64,000 nt of DNA. Source: Nitrospirota bacterium (GTDB lineage Bacteria > Nitrospirota > UBA9217). The position numbers and the translations under genes were made by a program. Of this stretch, positions 30,759 to 40,878 are shown one piece after another (within the stretch, counting starts at the first letter, position 1; each line of letters opens with the position of its first letter). The notes under the pieces are model-generated. The model was not told the origin of the DNA. It did no database searches and saw nothing but the letters and a program-made list of their open reading frames with translations. Location: the NCBI GenBank assembly GCA_963845065.1, contig CAWJQQ010000007.1:62988-126987 (forward strand), read 5' to 3'.

Positions 30759-31016
30759 TTAAGTTGCTGCGTATACGCTGACCTTCTTACGTGTTTTGTC
30801 CTTACGCTCAAACTTAACTACGCCGTTGATCTTGGCAAAAAGAGTATCATCGCATCCTTTGCCAACATTCACGCCAGGATGAATTTTGGTCCCACGTTGG
30901 CGAATTATTATTGTTCCTGAGTTCACCAACTGGCCATCATACCGTTTAACGCCGAGGTACTGCGGATTACTGTCCCTTCCATTTCTGGAACTGCCAACCC
31001 CTTTTTTATGAGCCAT
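30759..31016 (-). CDS. rpmA: 50S ribosomal protein L27
   Basis: [21 protein letters not shown]. Confidence 0.99.
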   Translation of the reverse strand: MAHKKGVGSSRNGRDSNPQYLGVKRYDGQLVNSGTIIIRQRGTKIHPGVNVGKGCDDTLFAKINGVVKFERKDKTRKKVSVYAAT

Positions 31017-31109
31017 TACCAATCCTCCAAATCATTTCAGCACGAAGACACCAAGTTGACCAAGAGTATCAAACGCCAACTCTTCGTGTTTTGTGGGACA
31101 TTTTATTTT

Positions 31110-31421
31110 TTACGCTATAATCTCTTTGACTTTTATCGCTGTATAATTTTGACGGTGACCATTCGTGTTGCGGTATCCTTTGCGCCTCCGGTGCTTGAAA
31201 ATCAGGAGTTTTTCACCTCTGCCCTGTTCCAAGACTTCTGCCGTTACTTTTGCCGATGAAAGCGACGGCTTTCCAACAGACACCTTGTCGCCATCAGCTA
31301 TCATGAAAACGTCCTTTAGTTCAACGGTGTCGCCCTCTTTGGCATCAAGGCTTTCCACCCTGACTATATCACCGGGTGCAACTTTGTACTGTTTTCCTCC
31401 GGTATTGATGACTGCGTACAT
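31110..31421 (-). CDS. rplU: 50S ribosomal protein L21
   Basis: MYAVINTGGKQYKV..GHRQ.YT. Confidence 0.99.
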   Translation of the reverse strand: MYAVINTGGKQYKVAPGDIVRVESLDAKEGDTVELKDVFMIADGDKVSVGKPSLSSAKVTAEVLEQGRGEKLLIFKHRRRKGYRNTNGHRQNYTAIKVKEIIA

Positions 31422-31599
31422 TGAATCCTCCTTCATTAATTCAAACACTAACCCATTAAGAGGCCATAAAATACCATGTAACTTGCGGAGTTGTCAAGGG
31501 AAAAAACCGATTGAGCAAAAAATAATTACTGCAACGACATATGACAGAAGGAACTTTCAGCTGTACACTTATCGAGTAAAAAGACCCCCCTACCATTTT

Positions 31600-32443
31600 A
31601 TGGCTTATCACGAAGTCTTGATACGAATACCTGCATCTTTCCACGATACTCTTATCCAAAGATTAGCAATCGTTGCAACGTGTCTTGGCGTAATCGAAGA
31701 GGACGACTCCATTATCGTTTTCTTTCCTGAAACAGCTGAGATGAAATCGATTAGGTGCGAACTCTCTATTATGCAATCACTCATCGAAAAATCTGGCCAC
31801 AAATGTGCTTTGACCTTTGATTTTTCAATCATAGCAGACCAAGACTGGAACGAATCCTGGAAAATGGGATTCGTGTCTATCGACGTGGAACTCGTTTCAC
31901 CATCATTCCGCCCTGGGAACAGCCGAAGAGCGGCCGTATCAACCTCATCATAGATCCTGCAATGGCGTTCGGTACTGGCCATCACTAGACCACGCTGTCC
32001 TGTTTGGTACTTATGGGAAAATATGCGTTGACAACAGTATAAACAGTTTCCGCGACCTCGGAACCGATACGGGAATTCTCGCAATTCCGGTACTAAAACT
32101 GGGCTTTCATCAAGTCACCGCAATTGACACAGACCCGATTGCCATTGATGCGGCGAGGAAGAACGCTGAATTGAATCAGGTCGCAAGCATTGATATCAGG
32201 GAATGAAGTATCGCAAGTTTGAGAGACGAATATGATTTTATCACAGCGAACATCATCTCAAGCGTCCTCGAACTTCTTGCTTCGCTGATCGCCAAACACG
32301 TTAAGCCCGGAGGCATTGTCGTCCTTTCCGGCATCCTTGACGGTCAGGATGAAGAAGTGCTTATGGCAATGACACAAGCAGGCTTCAACCTCATGGAACG
32401 ATATCTTGACGGCAAGGGGACGTCGCTAGTCGTTACGCACTGA
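31600..32443 (+). pseudogene. prmA: Ribosomal protein L11 methyltransferase pseudogene
   Basis: [54 protein letters not shown] spread over several frames with stops. Confidence 0.9.
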
Positions 32444-32820
32444 ACACTGTCTATGGTTAAAACCAGGGGGTTCTGGCGGCAGTACCATTGACCCCTTTGA
32501 AACTGTAAGTGCGGCAGCCAATCTCGATCTCTGTTGATCCGCTTTTAACGATCAAGTAACTCTGTCTCCGATTCGTGTTGCTATCTGGCTTGATATCGAA
32601 GCTGGTCTGATGAAACCGACCCATTTCCGTTTGTTGTTGTGTCCTCGACACCGCCCGTTTCAGGAAAAGGTTTGCACCTGGCCAGGCTTTGGCAGCCCGG
32701 TGTGTGGAGATTTTTTAAAAACATAATTCCCAATGAATGCGGAGTAATGATCGCGTTGCCCCTTCGTCCCGCATCTGCGGTTTAGACAACGCTCCGATAG
32801 TGGCTTTTTGGCCACTGCTC
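32440..32820 (-). mobile_element. Decayed tnpB 3' end, omegaRNA region and right end
   Basis: KKPLSER..CG..QRDHYSAF remnant; degenerate GAAC-CCCCTGG hairpin ending TCAG at 32440. Confidence 0.75.
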
Positions 32821-32919
32821 CGTAGTGGCGTGTTTGATATAGCGGTAGATATTCCAGATACGAAAGTAAAGAATGCAAATGACGAGCAGTCGAGTAAACG
32901 CCAATTTATCGAACGAAAA

Positions 32920-33050
32920 CTTGAATGATCCGATCACGTCGCAGTTTAGTTCGTATAGGTTCAGCGGGGCGTGGTATCGAAAGCGTATTCCATCAAGACC
33001 TTGAATGAAACCATACGGGAAGTCGTCGAAGGGAGGACTCCTAACGCTGG
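32920..33050 (+). pseudogene. Fragment resembling the C-terminal receiver domain of a hybrid sensor kinase
   Basis: Across one frameshift reads NDPITSQFSSYRFSG/VVSKAYSIKTLNETIREV. Confidence 0.4.
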
Positions 33051-33172
33051 TATGACGCCGGTCATAGCTTTTACCTGGCATCAATGATATTGTACTGACA
33101 TAGAGTTGTAAAACCGAAAAGCTTTACGGGAGTTTAATATATGAACGCGTGGCCGAATAATGGAGGACTAGC

Positions 33173-33487
33173 ATGGAAATTCTCGATCTTAAAAAACTTA
33201 TCAAATTTAGTCCTGACAAAATCTCTCGCGAGATGCTGTCCGACAAACCAGAGATGCGTGTGGCACTCATGTGCTTGAATGCGGGTCAGAAACTTGATCC
33301 GCATAAAGCGCCACTCCGACTCATGATGTATTGCGTGCAGGGCGAAGGCACCTTCACTGTCGGTGATGAAAAAATAACTGCTGATGAGAAGACCTGTATT
33401 CTCTGCGAGCCCAATGTTCCTCATGGATTTGCCGCAGACAAGGGCGAAAAGCTCGTCGTCATGGCCGTGGTCACGCCTGTCGATTAA
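33173..33487 (+). CDS. Cupin-domain protein
   Basis: GQKLDPHKA..YCVQGEGTFTVG..NVPHGF; GGAGG RBS. Confidence 0.9.
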   Translation: MEILDLKKLIKFSPDKISREMLSDKPEMRVALMCLNAGQKLDPHKAPLRLMMYCVQGEGTFTVGDEKITADEKTCILCEPNVPHGFAADKGEKLVVMAVVTPVD

Positions 33488-33523
33488 CTTTCGCAAACGC
33501 AAAGAGATGCATAATGTGTTTAA

Positions 33524-33572
33524 CTAAACCGCCGGGAATTCCCCTTCCGTAAGGGAGGGGATGAAAGGCGGG
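33524..33572 (+). mobile_element. Orphan IS200/IS605 left end
   Basis: TTTAA target, guide AATT, hairpin CCCCTTCC-GTAA-GGGAGGGG; no transposase follows. Confidence 0.65.
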
Positions 33573-33998
33573 ATTTGTATTTTACCTAGATTCAGTTGCA
33601 TGCTATTATTATTCCATGAAATATGTATTACGTTGCTATAATCAGCCAATAAACATCACTGATAAATACACAAACGGAAAACAATGAATGCAGACTTTCC
33701 TGAGATGACTTTTGATTTTTGTGTAGATAACAGTATTCCAAGGCTGTATTAATAACAAGGCGCATGTAACCGTAACAAGCAAGATATTTTCCAATCAGTG
33801 AAACCATTTTTCCCGAATTCGTAATTTTCGATGATCATGGTAGCAAAATTGAAGGGACAATTATAATTAGGAATGTGACATCGAGTCTGCAAAAGTTCAG
33901 CAACAAGTATCTCTTTTAAAAGGTGCACAACGACCTCACGGCCCGGACCTATAAGGATTCAATTGTCGCAGAGAAAGTGAATAGCGGGACGATAGATA

Positions 33999-34385
33999 TT
34001 GAGGCCAATCCATCACGATACGGCATGTCTAAAATTTCTTGAGGAATATGTGGGGGAGCATTATCCAGGCCTTCAAGTCAATACCTGCAATGATCCGCTA
34101 AAATGCCTCATTTCGATTACCGAGGATCTCGACCTCTTGCTGATCGATCTGGAAATGCCCGGTCTGGACGGAGCGAAAGTACTGACCTACGCCATTTCCC
34201 GGGGAGTGAGCAAGAATCGCATCATCATCCTGTGAGGACGCGATGCCGAATATCTACACTAACAGTTTACCATGGGCAGCTGCCTGGCTGTACTCAATAA
34301 ATACAAAGGTAAACAAAGAAATGTTCTCGATATGATTTTCAGTTCGTTGCAGCAGAAAAATCGGGGAAAAGACAAGGCCGGATAA
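33999..34385 (+). pseudogene. Single-domain response regulator pseudogene
   Basis: LDLLLIDLEMPGLDG; the frame continues past TGA (34233) and a TAA nine codons later to DMIFSSLQQK. Confidence 0.65.
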
Positions 34386-34425
34386 TTCTTATCAGAAACA
34401 GGCGTTTTCTCATCCATACAGCATT

Positions 34426-35574
34426 TCAGGGAACATATTTCTCCAATCTGTTAATCCTAAATTGAAGTAAAAGATCGATAAAAATCCTTGAATGGATCGG
34501 GTTTTCCGACATTCCGAATAGATGGCTTTTACAGTCGCAATCCGATGACCCGAACCTCTTGACCTCCCAGTCAGTGATTTTCTCGAGAGCAGCTGCCAAC
34601 CCACATTCAAGGTCTTCGCTTGCCCGGATTGGCAGTGCAACATGGAAATCTGCCGCTCCTCTGAGGAAATCGATGTGCGAGTGATATCTTTTAAGAAGGC
34701 GTCGGTGCCGTTCGATACGTTTGGTAAGATTTTTTTTTGCCGACCCGACGTAGATGTAATATCCTCGCCTGAATTTTACCTCCCCGAGCTCTCCAACCAA
34801 TAAATGCCGGTCTCTTTTGAGATTCAGGATGAGAAGGTAACTACCTTTGTCATGGGTCTCCTGATCCACCAATTGCCACGGGATAATCAAATCTTTTGTC
34901 TTGCCTAGCATGAGTGCTGAATTCCACTCTGCAGACACAGCCTTCACTAAGACCTTGTTCTTAACCGCAAGAAGGGTCTGCGCGAATTCCAGATCCGTAT
35001 GGTACTCAGGTAGAAAATACTCTACTTTGGACCAATGAACCAGGAATACAACGGCAGTCTTTATCCCTCTTTTTGCAAGATACGCTAGCTCGAGCAGATG
35101 TTTCGTCCCTCGTGCTGTAACAGCATCAGGGAACATGGCAATCCTCTTCCCTACGAGTGTGCACGATTTTATTTCCACGATAACGTCCTCACCGTTCTGA
35201 TTGAGCAGAAAATCGAATCTGCTATTGTCGATAGTGACTTCCGGCTTTATAACGATTGCGTTTTCCAGCCCGCTGATTCGACCTTGCTCTATGAGCTGTC
35301 GTGCAACAAGGTTGTTCACATGGGTATGAAGCATGATCGGAAGACGGTCCCGCTCGACAGCGACCACAGTATATTCTGTACTCCCTTCATATGAAGCATC
35401 ATGCTTGACAAGATAAAGTAATACTCCAGGAAAGAACAATTCCCAAAGTCTGCCAGGATTTGGCAGGTAGGCACGTGCTGTCCTGTTGTGTACAATACAT
35501 TCAACGATAAAACGGTTCGGTCTGCATTTATAAATGCCTTTGACAGTTCTCGGGAAAAAGCGTCCTGATTCCAT
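34426..35574 (-). CDS. sfsA: SfsA nuclease fused to a DUF123/GIY-YIG (Uri) domain
   Basis: RPNRF, PNPGRL, SRFDF, EIKSCTL, FPDAVTARG.KHL; then KGSYLL..YIYVGSA, HIDFL, FGSSDCDCKSHL. Confidence 0.88.
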   Translation of the reverse strand: MESGRFFPRTVKGIYKCRPNRFIVECIVHNRTARAYLPNPGRLWELFFPGVLLYLVKHDASYEGSTEYTVVAVERDRLPIMLHTHVNNLVARQLIEQGRISGLENAIVIKPEVTIDNSRFDFLLNQNGEDVIVEIKSCTLVGKRIAMFPDAVTARGTKHLLELAYLAKRGIKTAVVFLVHWSKVEYFLPEYHTDLEFAQTLLAVKNKVLVKAVSAEWNSALMLGKTKDLIIPWQLVDQETHDKGSYLLILNLKRDRHLLVGELGEVKFRRGYYIYVGSAKKNLTKRIERHRRLLKRYHSHIDFLRGAADFHVALPIRASEDLECGLAAALEKITDWEVKRFGSSDCDCKSHLFGMSENPIHSRIFIDLLLQFRINRLEKYVP

Positions 35575-35629
35575 GTCTCATAGTACTTGAAAGTCCGACG
35601 ACTGTCATTATATTCTCTTATCTTTTGAC

Positions 35630-36619
35630 TGAACTCTTTTAGCAACTACGCGAGTCCCTGGATTTATCCATGGGGATATAGGTGCTTGAATTATAGCGGA
35701 TATAGTGTACATTTAATCACTTATATGATATGCTAGCTATAATTGTTTTGGTAAGGAAAGCGAAAACACCATCGTTTATCCATGTTGCCTCTTCTGGTAA
35801 CTAAATCCCAGGAGATGGCACTTTTTACTCGCATTGAGATGGTTTGGCAGCTTAATAATGCCTTGGCAAATCTATTAAACGATTAGCCCTCAGGCGAGAC
35901 TCCAAGCAATATCAAGAGGTCAGCGTTGTCCCCATTCGGATAAAGAAAAGCGGTCAAAAGCGTTTGAGGCGGTAAATGAGAAGTTCAGCTTTTCTGCCTT
36001 GAGAATCTTGCAAATGAGTTTTGGCTTTAGGTAAAGTCATCAATCTTGAAACATTGAGCTACAAATCATTTCATCGTAATTTTGGTAAAAGCGTGGGCTT
36101 AAGGGTTCCGGGGCCTTCATAAAAATGCTTGCTCGTAAGGCTGAGAACGCCGGCGGAAAAGTGAGCGTGCTCCCCACTCAAAAACTTAAGCTTTCATAAA
36201 CCAGCCACTATGGGAAAGTGCAATAGGAACAACTCTCGCAGCGCCAGCATGGTTGTGAGTCTGGGATAGTCGTCCAATGAGACCACTATTCCGCATACCC
36301 GGTATATAACGATAAAGATGGCGCTCTCGATACTGCCAGGGCAGCAATGTCCTGTTCGGTGCGGAACCGCTCCTTAAACAAGCAATATCGAGATTGCAGC
36401 AACAATCTGCGAATGTGAGGAGTGCTTTTACTCAAAGCTTCGGCCTCAAACAAAGTACTCGTTTAGGTCAGAGACAGCGTGGATCGTCTGTGAAAGAAAA
36501 TCATGCCAAACTCAATGTCAGGGATGTTATAGCGGCGGGCCATTGCTGTCGTGAGAGCTCGGAAGAGAAACTGGTTAAGGTTTTCAGAACCCCCTGGCTT
36601 TAGCCATGGGGAGGTTCAG
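35630..36619 (+). mobile_element. Non-autonomous, internally deleted IS605 element (TTGAC family)
   Basis: TTGAC 35625-35629, degenerate left hairpin, broken tnpB fragments, no tnpA, intact right end ending TCAG. Confidence 0.85.
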
Positions 36620-36800
36620 ACCATGTTCTCAAATGCGCTGTGATATAATAAAAGATAAGTAGGAGGAAAGAGATCATTTCTTTATTGATGATTTTATTAT
36701 AAAATCCAATGTTACGCTGTTGAAAAATACAAAGTAACTGGTAATTAGAGTCTAACGTATTCTCAATACATTGAATTACTCAAGGAAGGAGGACACGATT

Positions 36801-37412
36801 ATGACTGCAGATTGTTGTAGTCTCCGTATTGGACAAACCGTTCCTGATTTTAAACTCGATACATTCGAACCCACAAAGGGTGATTTCGGTGAATTTAATC
36901 TTATCACCCAGAAAAAGGTGAAAAAATGGACAGTCTTATTCTTTTATCCTGCCGATTTTACCTTTGTCTGCGCCACGGAGTTTGCTGCACTTGCCGAGGC
37001 ATATGCTGAGTTTCAAAAGCTTGGAGCCGAAGTTCTAACCATAAGTTGCGACACGAAGTTTGTACACTTAGCCTGGCAGCGGGACGAAAAAATGCTGGAG
37101 AAAGCAAAATACCCCATGGGGGCAGACCGCACGGGAGCCATTGCCCGCCTTTTTGGTGTCTATGACGAAATCTCGGGCAACGCATTACGCGGTTCATTCA
37201 TTATTAATCCTGAAGGCACCCTTCTCAACGCAGAAGTAAATTTTTACAATTTGGGAAGAAACATTGAAGAGCTCTTGCGAAAGTTCAAAGCTAACATTCA
37301 TCTTGCAGCAAATCCTGCGGAAGTCTGTCCGGCGCAATGGAAGAAGGAAGGCGACAAAACATTAAAGCCATCAGCCAAAATAGTCGGCAAAATTTATGAG
37401 GAACTAAAATAA
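36801..37412 (+). CDS. ahpC: Peroxiredoxin (AhpC/Prx1 type)
   Basis: FFYPADFTFVCATE, GRNIEE.LR, resolving VCPAQW. Confidence 0.92.
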   Translation: MTADCCSLRIGQTVPDFKLDTFEPTKGDFGEFNLITQKKVKKWTVLFFYPADFTFVCATEFAALAEAYAEFQKLGAEVLTISCDTKFVHLAWQRDEKMLEKAKYPMGADRTGAIARLFGVYDEISGNALRGSFIINPEGTLLNAEVNFYNLGRNIEELLRKFKANIHLAANPAEVCPAQWKKEGDKTLKPSAKIVGKIYEELK

Positions 37413-37416
37413 CATT

Positions 37417-37809
37417 ATGCTGGTAACTCGAGAAACCGATTATGCAGTACGAACAGTTCTGTATCTCGCCAAGGAGCGCAACCGCAGAGCAAGTGTTACC
37501 GAAGTTGCACATGCTATGCACATCCCGAAAAGTTTTTTGGCAAAAATCCTACAACGCCTGGTTAAAAGTAATATCCTGACATCAACGCGTGGTGTGAAAG
37601 GAGGATTTGAACTAGCCCAAAAAGCGTCTGATATCTCGCTGCTTTCGATCATGGAGGCTATCCAGGGTCCGGCAGGGATAAATCTTTGTGCTGTTGACAG
37701 CAAGAAATGTAAATTGAGCGCTACCTGCTCCGTTCATCCTGTGTGGGTAGCTATTCGCAAGGAAGTTGAACGGCGGTTAAAGAAACAGACCATCAAAGAG
37801 TTGCTGTAA
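37417..37809 (+). CDS. Rrf2-family regulator with three Cys (possible Fe-S cluster)
   Basis: TDYAVR, FLAKILQRL, STRGVKGGF, C-x6-C-x5-C. Confidence 0.92.
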   Translation: MLVTRETDYAVRTVLYLAKERNRRASVTEVAHAMHIPKSFLAKILQRLVKSNILTSTRGVKGGFELAQKASDISLLSIMEAIQGPAGINLCAVDSKKCKLSATCSVHPVWVAIRKEVERRLKKQTIKELL

Positions 37810-37884
37810 GGCGTTGCTATGCTAATACAAATTGACTGAATTAACGACTTTGGCACGACGCAGAACGTTCTTCATGGCGACAAC

Positions 37885-37924
37885 AAAAGTAAAACCCTCA
37901 TAAAAAGGGGGCTTTTGCTTTTTC
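37885..37924. terminator. Possible bidirectional terminator between convergent rrf2 and HPP genes
   Basis: Imperfect stem with A and T tracts. Confidence 0.5.
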
Positions 37925-37939
37925 TACCAGAGAAACCGA

Positions 37940-38485
37940 CTATAACCAATACTCTGGATACTTTCTGTTCATGGCCAGATTATTAACAAGCAAAGCAACG
38001 ACCAGAAGGATTACAGCTCCTACGCCTGCGGGAAGGAAGGCGTAGAGATAGCCAAGGCTGTGGATCTTAGGTCCTCCAATTACGGCGATCAAGGCCGTTG
38101 CACCGCCTGGTGGATGAAGTGTTTTCGTAATAAGCATAAATACTATGGCAATCGATACAGCCATTGCAGCAGCGAGCCAGATCGTGCTACCAAAGAATTG
38201 ATAGCAGGCCACGCCGACTAGTCCCGACAGTACGTGCCCTCCTACCAAGTTCCTCGGTTGAGCAAGAGGACTTTTTATCGCTGAGTATACCAGAACCGCT
38301 GAGGCGCCGAAAGAACCAATGATAAGCGACAAGTCGCGCGGTTCAAGATAGCGAGCAGAAAGATAGGAACAGAGCCCTATACCGATCAGGGAACCAACCC
38401 ATGACCAAATAAAATCATGAGCCGGCCCGCCAGGTGGGCTTGTTGCTCCGCCTTTCATTTTTAAAAAATATTCTGTAAGAGTCAT
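37940..38485 (-). CDS. HPP-family membrane protein
   Basis: SFGASAVL, SPLAQPRN..GGH, LHPPGGATAL, YPEYW. Confidence 0.93.
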   Translation of the reverse strand: MTLTEYFLKMKGGATSPPGGPAHDFIWSWVGSLIGIGLCSYLSARYLEPRDLSLIIGSFGASAVLVYSAIKSPLAQPRNLVGGHVLSGLVGVACYQFFGSTIWLAAAMAVSIAIVFMLITKTLHPPGGATALIAVIGGPKIHSLGYLYAFLPAGVGAVILLVVALLVNNLAMNRKYPEYWL

Positions 38486-38559
38486 GGAATTTTAAGTGGT
38501 AATAACAGGCAAAAATTTGCAGCTATGATCTTCTCTTCTGTTGTATTGTTTCTTTTTTT

Positions 38560-39150
38560 TCATGGTTTCTTCCCTATTGCGCGTATTATATCTGCACGCG
38601 CTATAATGCCGATAAGCTTGCCATGATCATCCACAACAGGCAGTCGCTTTATCCTTCGGTCGTCGAGGATTTTTGCGACATCCCCGATATCGTCATCGGC
38701 TTTTGCGGTAATGGGAGGGAAGCTCATGACATCTTCGACTTTATTGCCGCTTTTCCTCACAGGTACGGGTTCACCCAGAATGTTTCGTAATATATCCTTG
38801 AAAGTATGTTCCTGTTTCATGCCTGCAAGTGTCAGGATATCCGCTTCACTGATAACACCGATAACCTGGCCCTTCTCATCAACAACAGGTGCCCCGCTGA
38901 TCCTGTGCTCAGAGAGTATCCGCGCCGCTTCGTGCAGGTCGGCGTCACGGGTGATTGTTATAACGTTTTTTGACATGACTGCCCGCACGGGCATCTGGAA
39001 TGCAACGCGCTCCTTCGCATGACGCAATGCAATTTCATAGATTTTCTTTAGGTCATCTTCGGTAATATCGACGTAGGCTTTCATTTCGCGGAGAGCAGCG
39101 TGCAAGTCTTCATCAGACAACCCGCATAAATTAAGATTGGAGTTTTCCAT
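38560..39150 (-). CDS. CBS-domain protein
   Basis: Two CBS repeats (ISGAPVVD..GVISEAD; IKRLPVVD..GIIARAD). Confidence 0.92.
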   Translation of the reverse strand: MENSNLNLCGLSDEDLHAALREMKAYVDITEDDLKKIYEIALRHAKERVAFQMPVRAVMSKNVITITRDADLHEAARILSEHRISGAPVVDEKGQVIGVISEADILTLAGMKQEHTFKDILRNILGEPVPVRKSGNKVEDVMSFPPITAKADDDIGDVAKILDDRRIKRLPVVDDHGKLIGIIARADIIRAIGKKP

Positions 39151-39231
39151 AGTTCCTCATTGGTTAAGGAATATTTTACTCTTCACCATACAAACGCAGT
39201 ATGACGGAGATCATATTGGTAAGTTATTTTT

Positions 39232-40131
39232 TCAGGAGTTCCGTTCCTCAGCTTTGGTGACGATCCAATAAACGAAACCAATAACGAGAATGGCAGCAAT
39301 AAGGTAGTATATTGACTCCGGCTTCTCGTGCTTGAGCGTGGCGATCATGGTTTCCCGGATCATAGTCACAAGGGCAACACCCACGAATACGCTATTATGG
39401 AACTTACCGCCTTTCAGGTGAGAAATCTCCGTATTCATGAGCTCGATCATAAGCCATAGCAACAGCATGGACCCGAGTGCTGAAATAATACCGCCGACCA
39501 CGTCTCCTGTGAGAAGGTGCAGAACATCTTGGACAAAGAGCCAGGCTACACCGAGCGTGAGGCCAATGAGCGCTATCACCAGCATAAGGTTGGTAGTTTG
39601 TGCGAATCGCTCTGCAAAACTGATCAGCGCGCTTTTTACTTTGTAGACCGGCGAATAGACCCTGATCTCTTCCTCAATGTACGAACTTGTGATGACGTCA
39701 AGACTGATATCGAGAATTTTTCCGACCGCTATGATCTTGTTGGTCGCTTCGACTTTGTCCTCTTCAAGTTTTTGAAGAATGCCGATACAGGCGTTTTTGC
39801 AAAGGTTTACCGCCCGGTTCATGTAGTGGGTATCCACTTTGTGCTTTACGTGGGCGGTGCCAATCTTCATAAGCTTTTCATAGTAACGGTTATCGTACGA
39901 ACCCGAGAACAATTCGAGGAACCACTCTCGCTGTGCCCCGAAGACGTGTTTTTTTCTCGACTCCTCGGTAAAGAACTGGGCAGCCCCTTTTGTCCCCATG
40001 ATCCAGAGGCTGAGTGTGCCCATTATCTCATCAGCATGCTCTTCCATGATCGGCCTAAGATTCGCAAGACGCTGCTCGTCTTCTTCAGTGAAGCGGTAAT
40101 CATGTTTGATTTCTCGAAATGATCTCATCAC
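39232..40131 (-). CDS. Protoglobin-like globin fused to a PsiE-like membrane domain
   Basis: FTEEDE..L, WF.ELF.G.YD..Y...L.KIG.AH (proximal His); C-terminal four TM segments with ALVTMIRE. Confidence 0.82.
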   Translation of the reverse strand: MMRSFREIKHDYRFTEEDEQRLANLRPIMEEHADEIMGTLSLWIMGTKGAAQFFTEESRKKHVFGAQREWFLELFSGSYDNRYYEKLMKIGTAHVKHKVDTHYMNRAVNLCKNACIGILQKLEEDKVEATNKIIAVGKILDISLDVITSSYIEEEIRVYSPVYKVKSALISFAERFAQTTNLMLVIALIGLTLGVAWLFVQDVLHLLTGDVVGGIISALGSMLLLWLMIELMNTEISHLKGGKFHNSVFVGVALVTMIRETMIATLKHEKPESIYYLIAAILVIGFVYWIVTKAEERNS

Positions 40132-40435
40132 AACCTCAATTGGAATGTAATGTTATCGTCCTTTGTGTCATCTGTGTTTTCTGCCTGATAGGGACGTATA
40201 TCAGTCAACGTCTGTTTTCCCCTTCTAGATGAGTCAAGATGAGCTTTTACTTGATTAACAGTGAGTCCAAACTAGTTTAATAAATATATCACACTTTTAT
40301 CTCCACCAGTCTGACAAGGTCTAAGAGAAACTCACGATGCGGATATATCCATACGTAAAGGTCTCTTTTTCTGCCTTAAAGACGGATCTTCGCAGATGTG
40401 CTTGATCTTGATCACAGACCCATTGTTTCAAGTTT

Positions 40436-40594
40436 TCATATTTTTTCAAACGCATCTTTGCTAGCTCCGCAAACGGGACAGAGCCACGTATCAGGAATTT
40501 TTTCAAAGGGTGTTCCCGGCGCTATCCCTCCGTCAGGGTCACCTTGTGCTGGGTCATAAATCCAATCGCAAACTGTACATTTCCATTTTTCCAT
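40436..40594 (-). CDS. Rubredoxin
   Basis: [34 protein letters not shown]. Confidence 0.97.
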   Translation of the reverse strand: MEKWKCTVCDWIYDPAQGDPDGGIAPGTPFEKIPDTWLCPVCGASKDAFEKI

Positions 40595-40878
40595 CCCAAT
40601 CCTCCTTATGCATTTTCTTGATTTATAATTCCACAGATAAACCACTATACCTGTATACCTGATTTTTCCTACAGAAAAAATTGACACAAACAATACTGGA
40701 TAATGAATCGGAATTTAATTTTCCATAGCAAGTACTACTTAAATGCGTATTCATTATGCAGAATCAATAGATGGTGATTCTAAAAGATTGTTTGGTAAAA
40801 ATATATCATATTTTTAGAACCATACGAAATTATTAGAAACATTTTTCTAATTATTTTATAAAAAGGATGAATCATGAC

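Noticed and set aside
34233..34262. Selenocysteine read-through or alternative genetic code at in-frame stops
   Set aside because: The TGA is followed by an in-frame TAA; stops of all three types occur in decayed genes, and normal genes end with all three.
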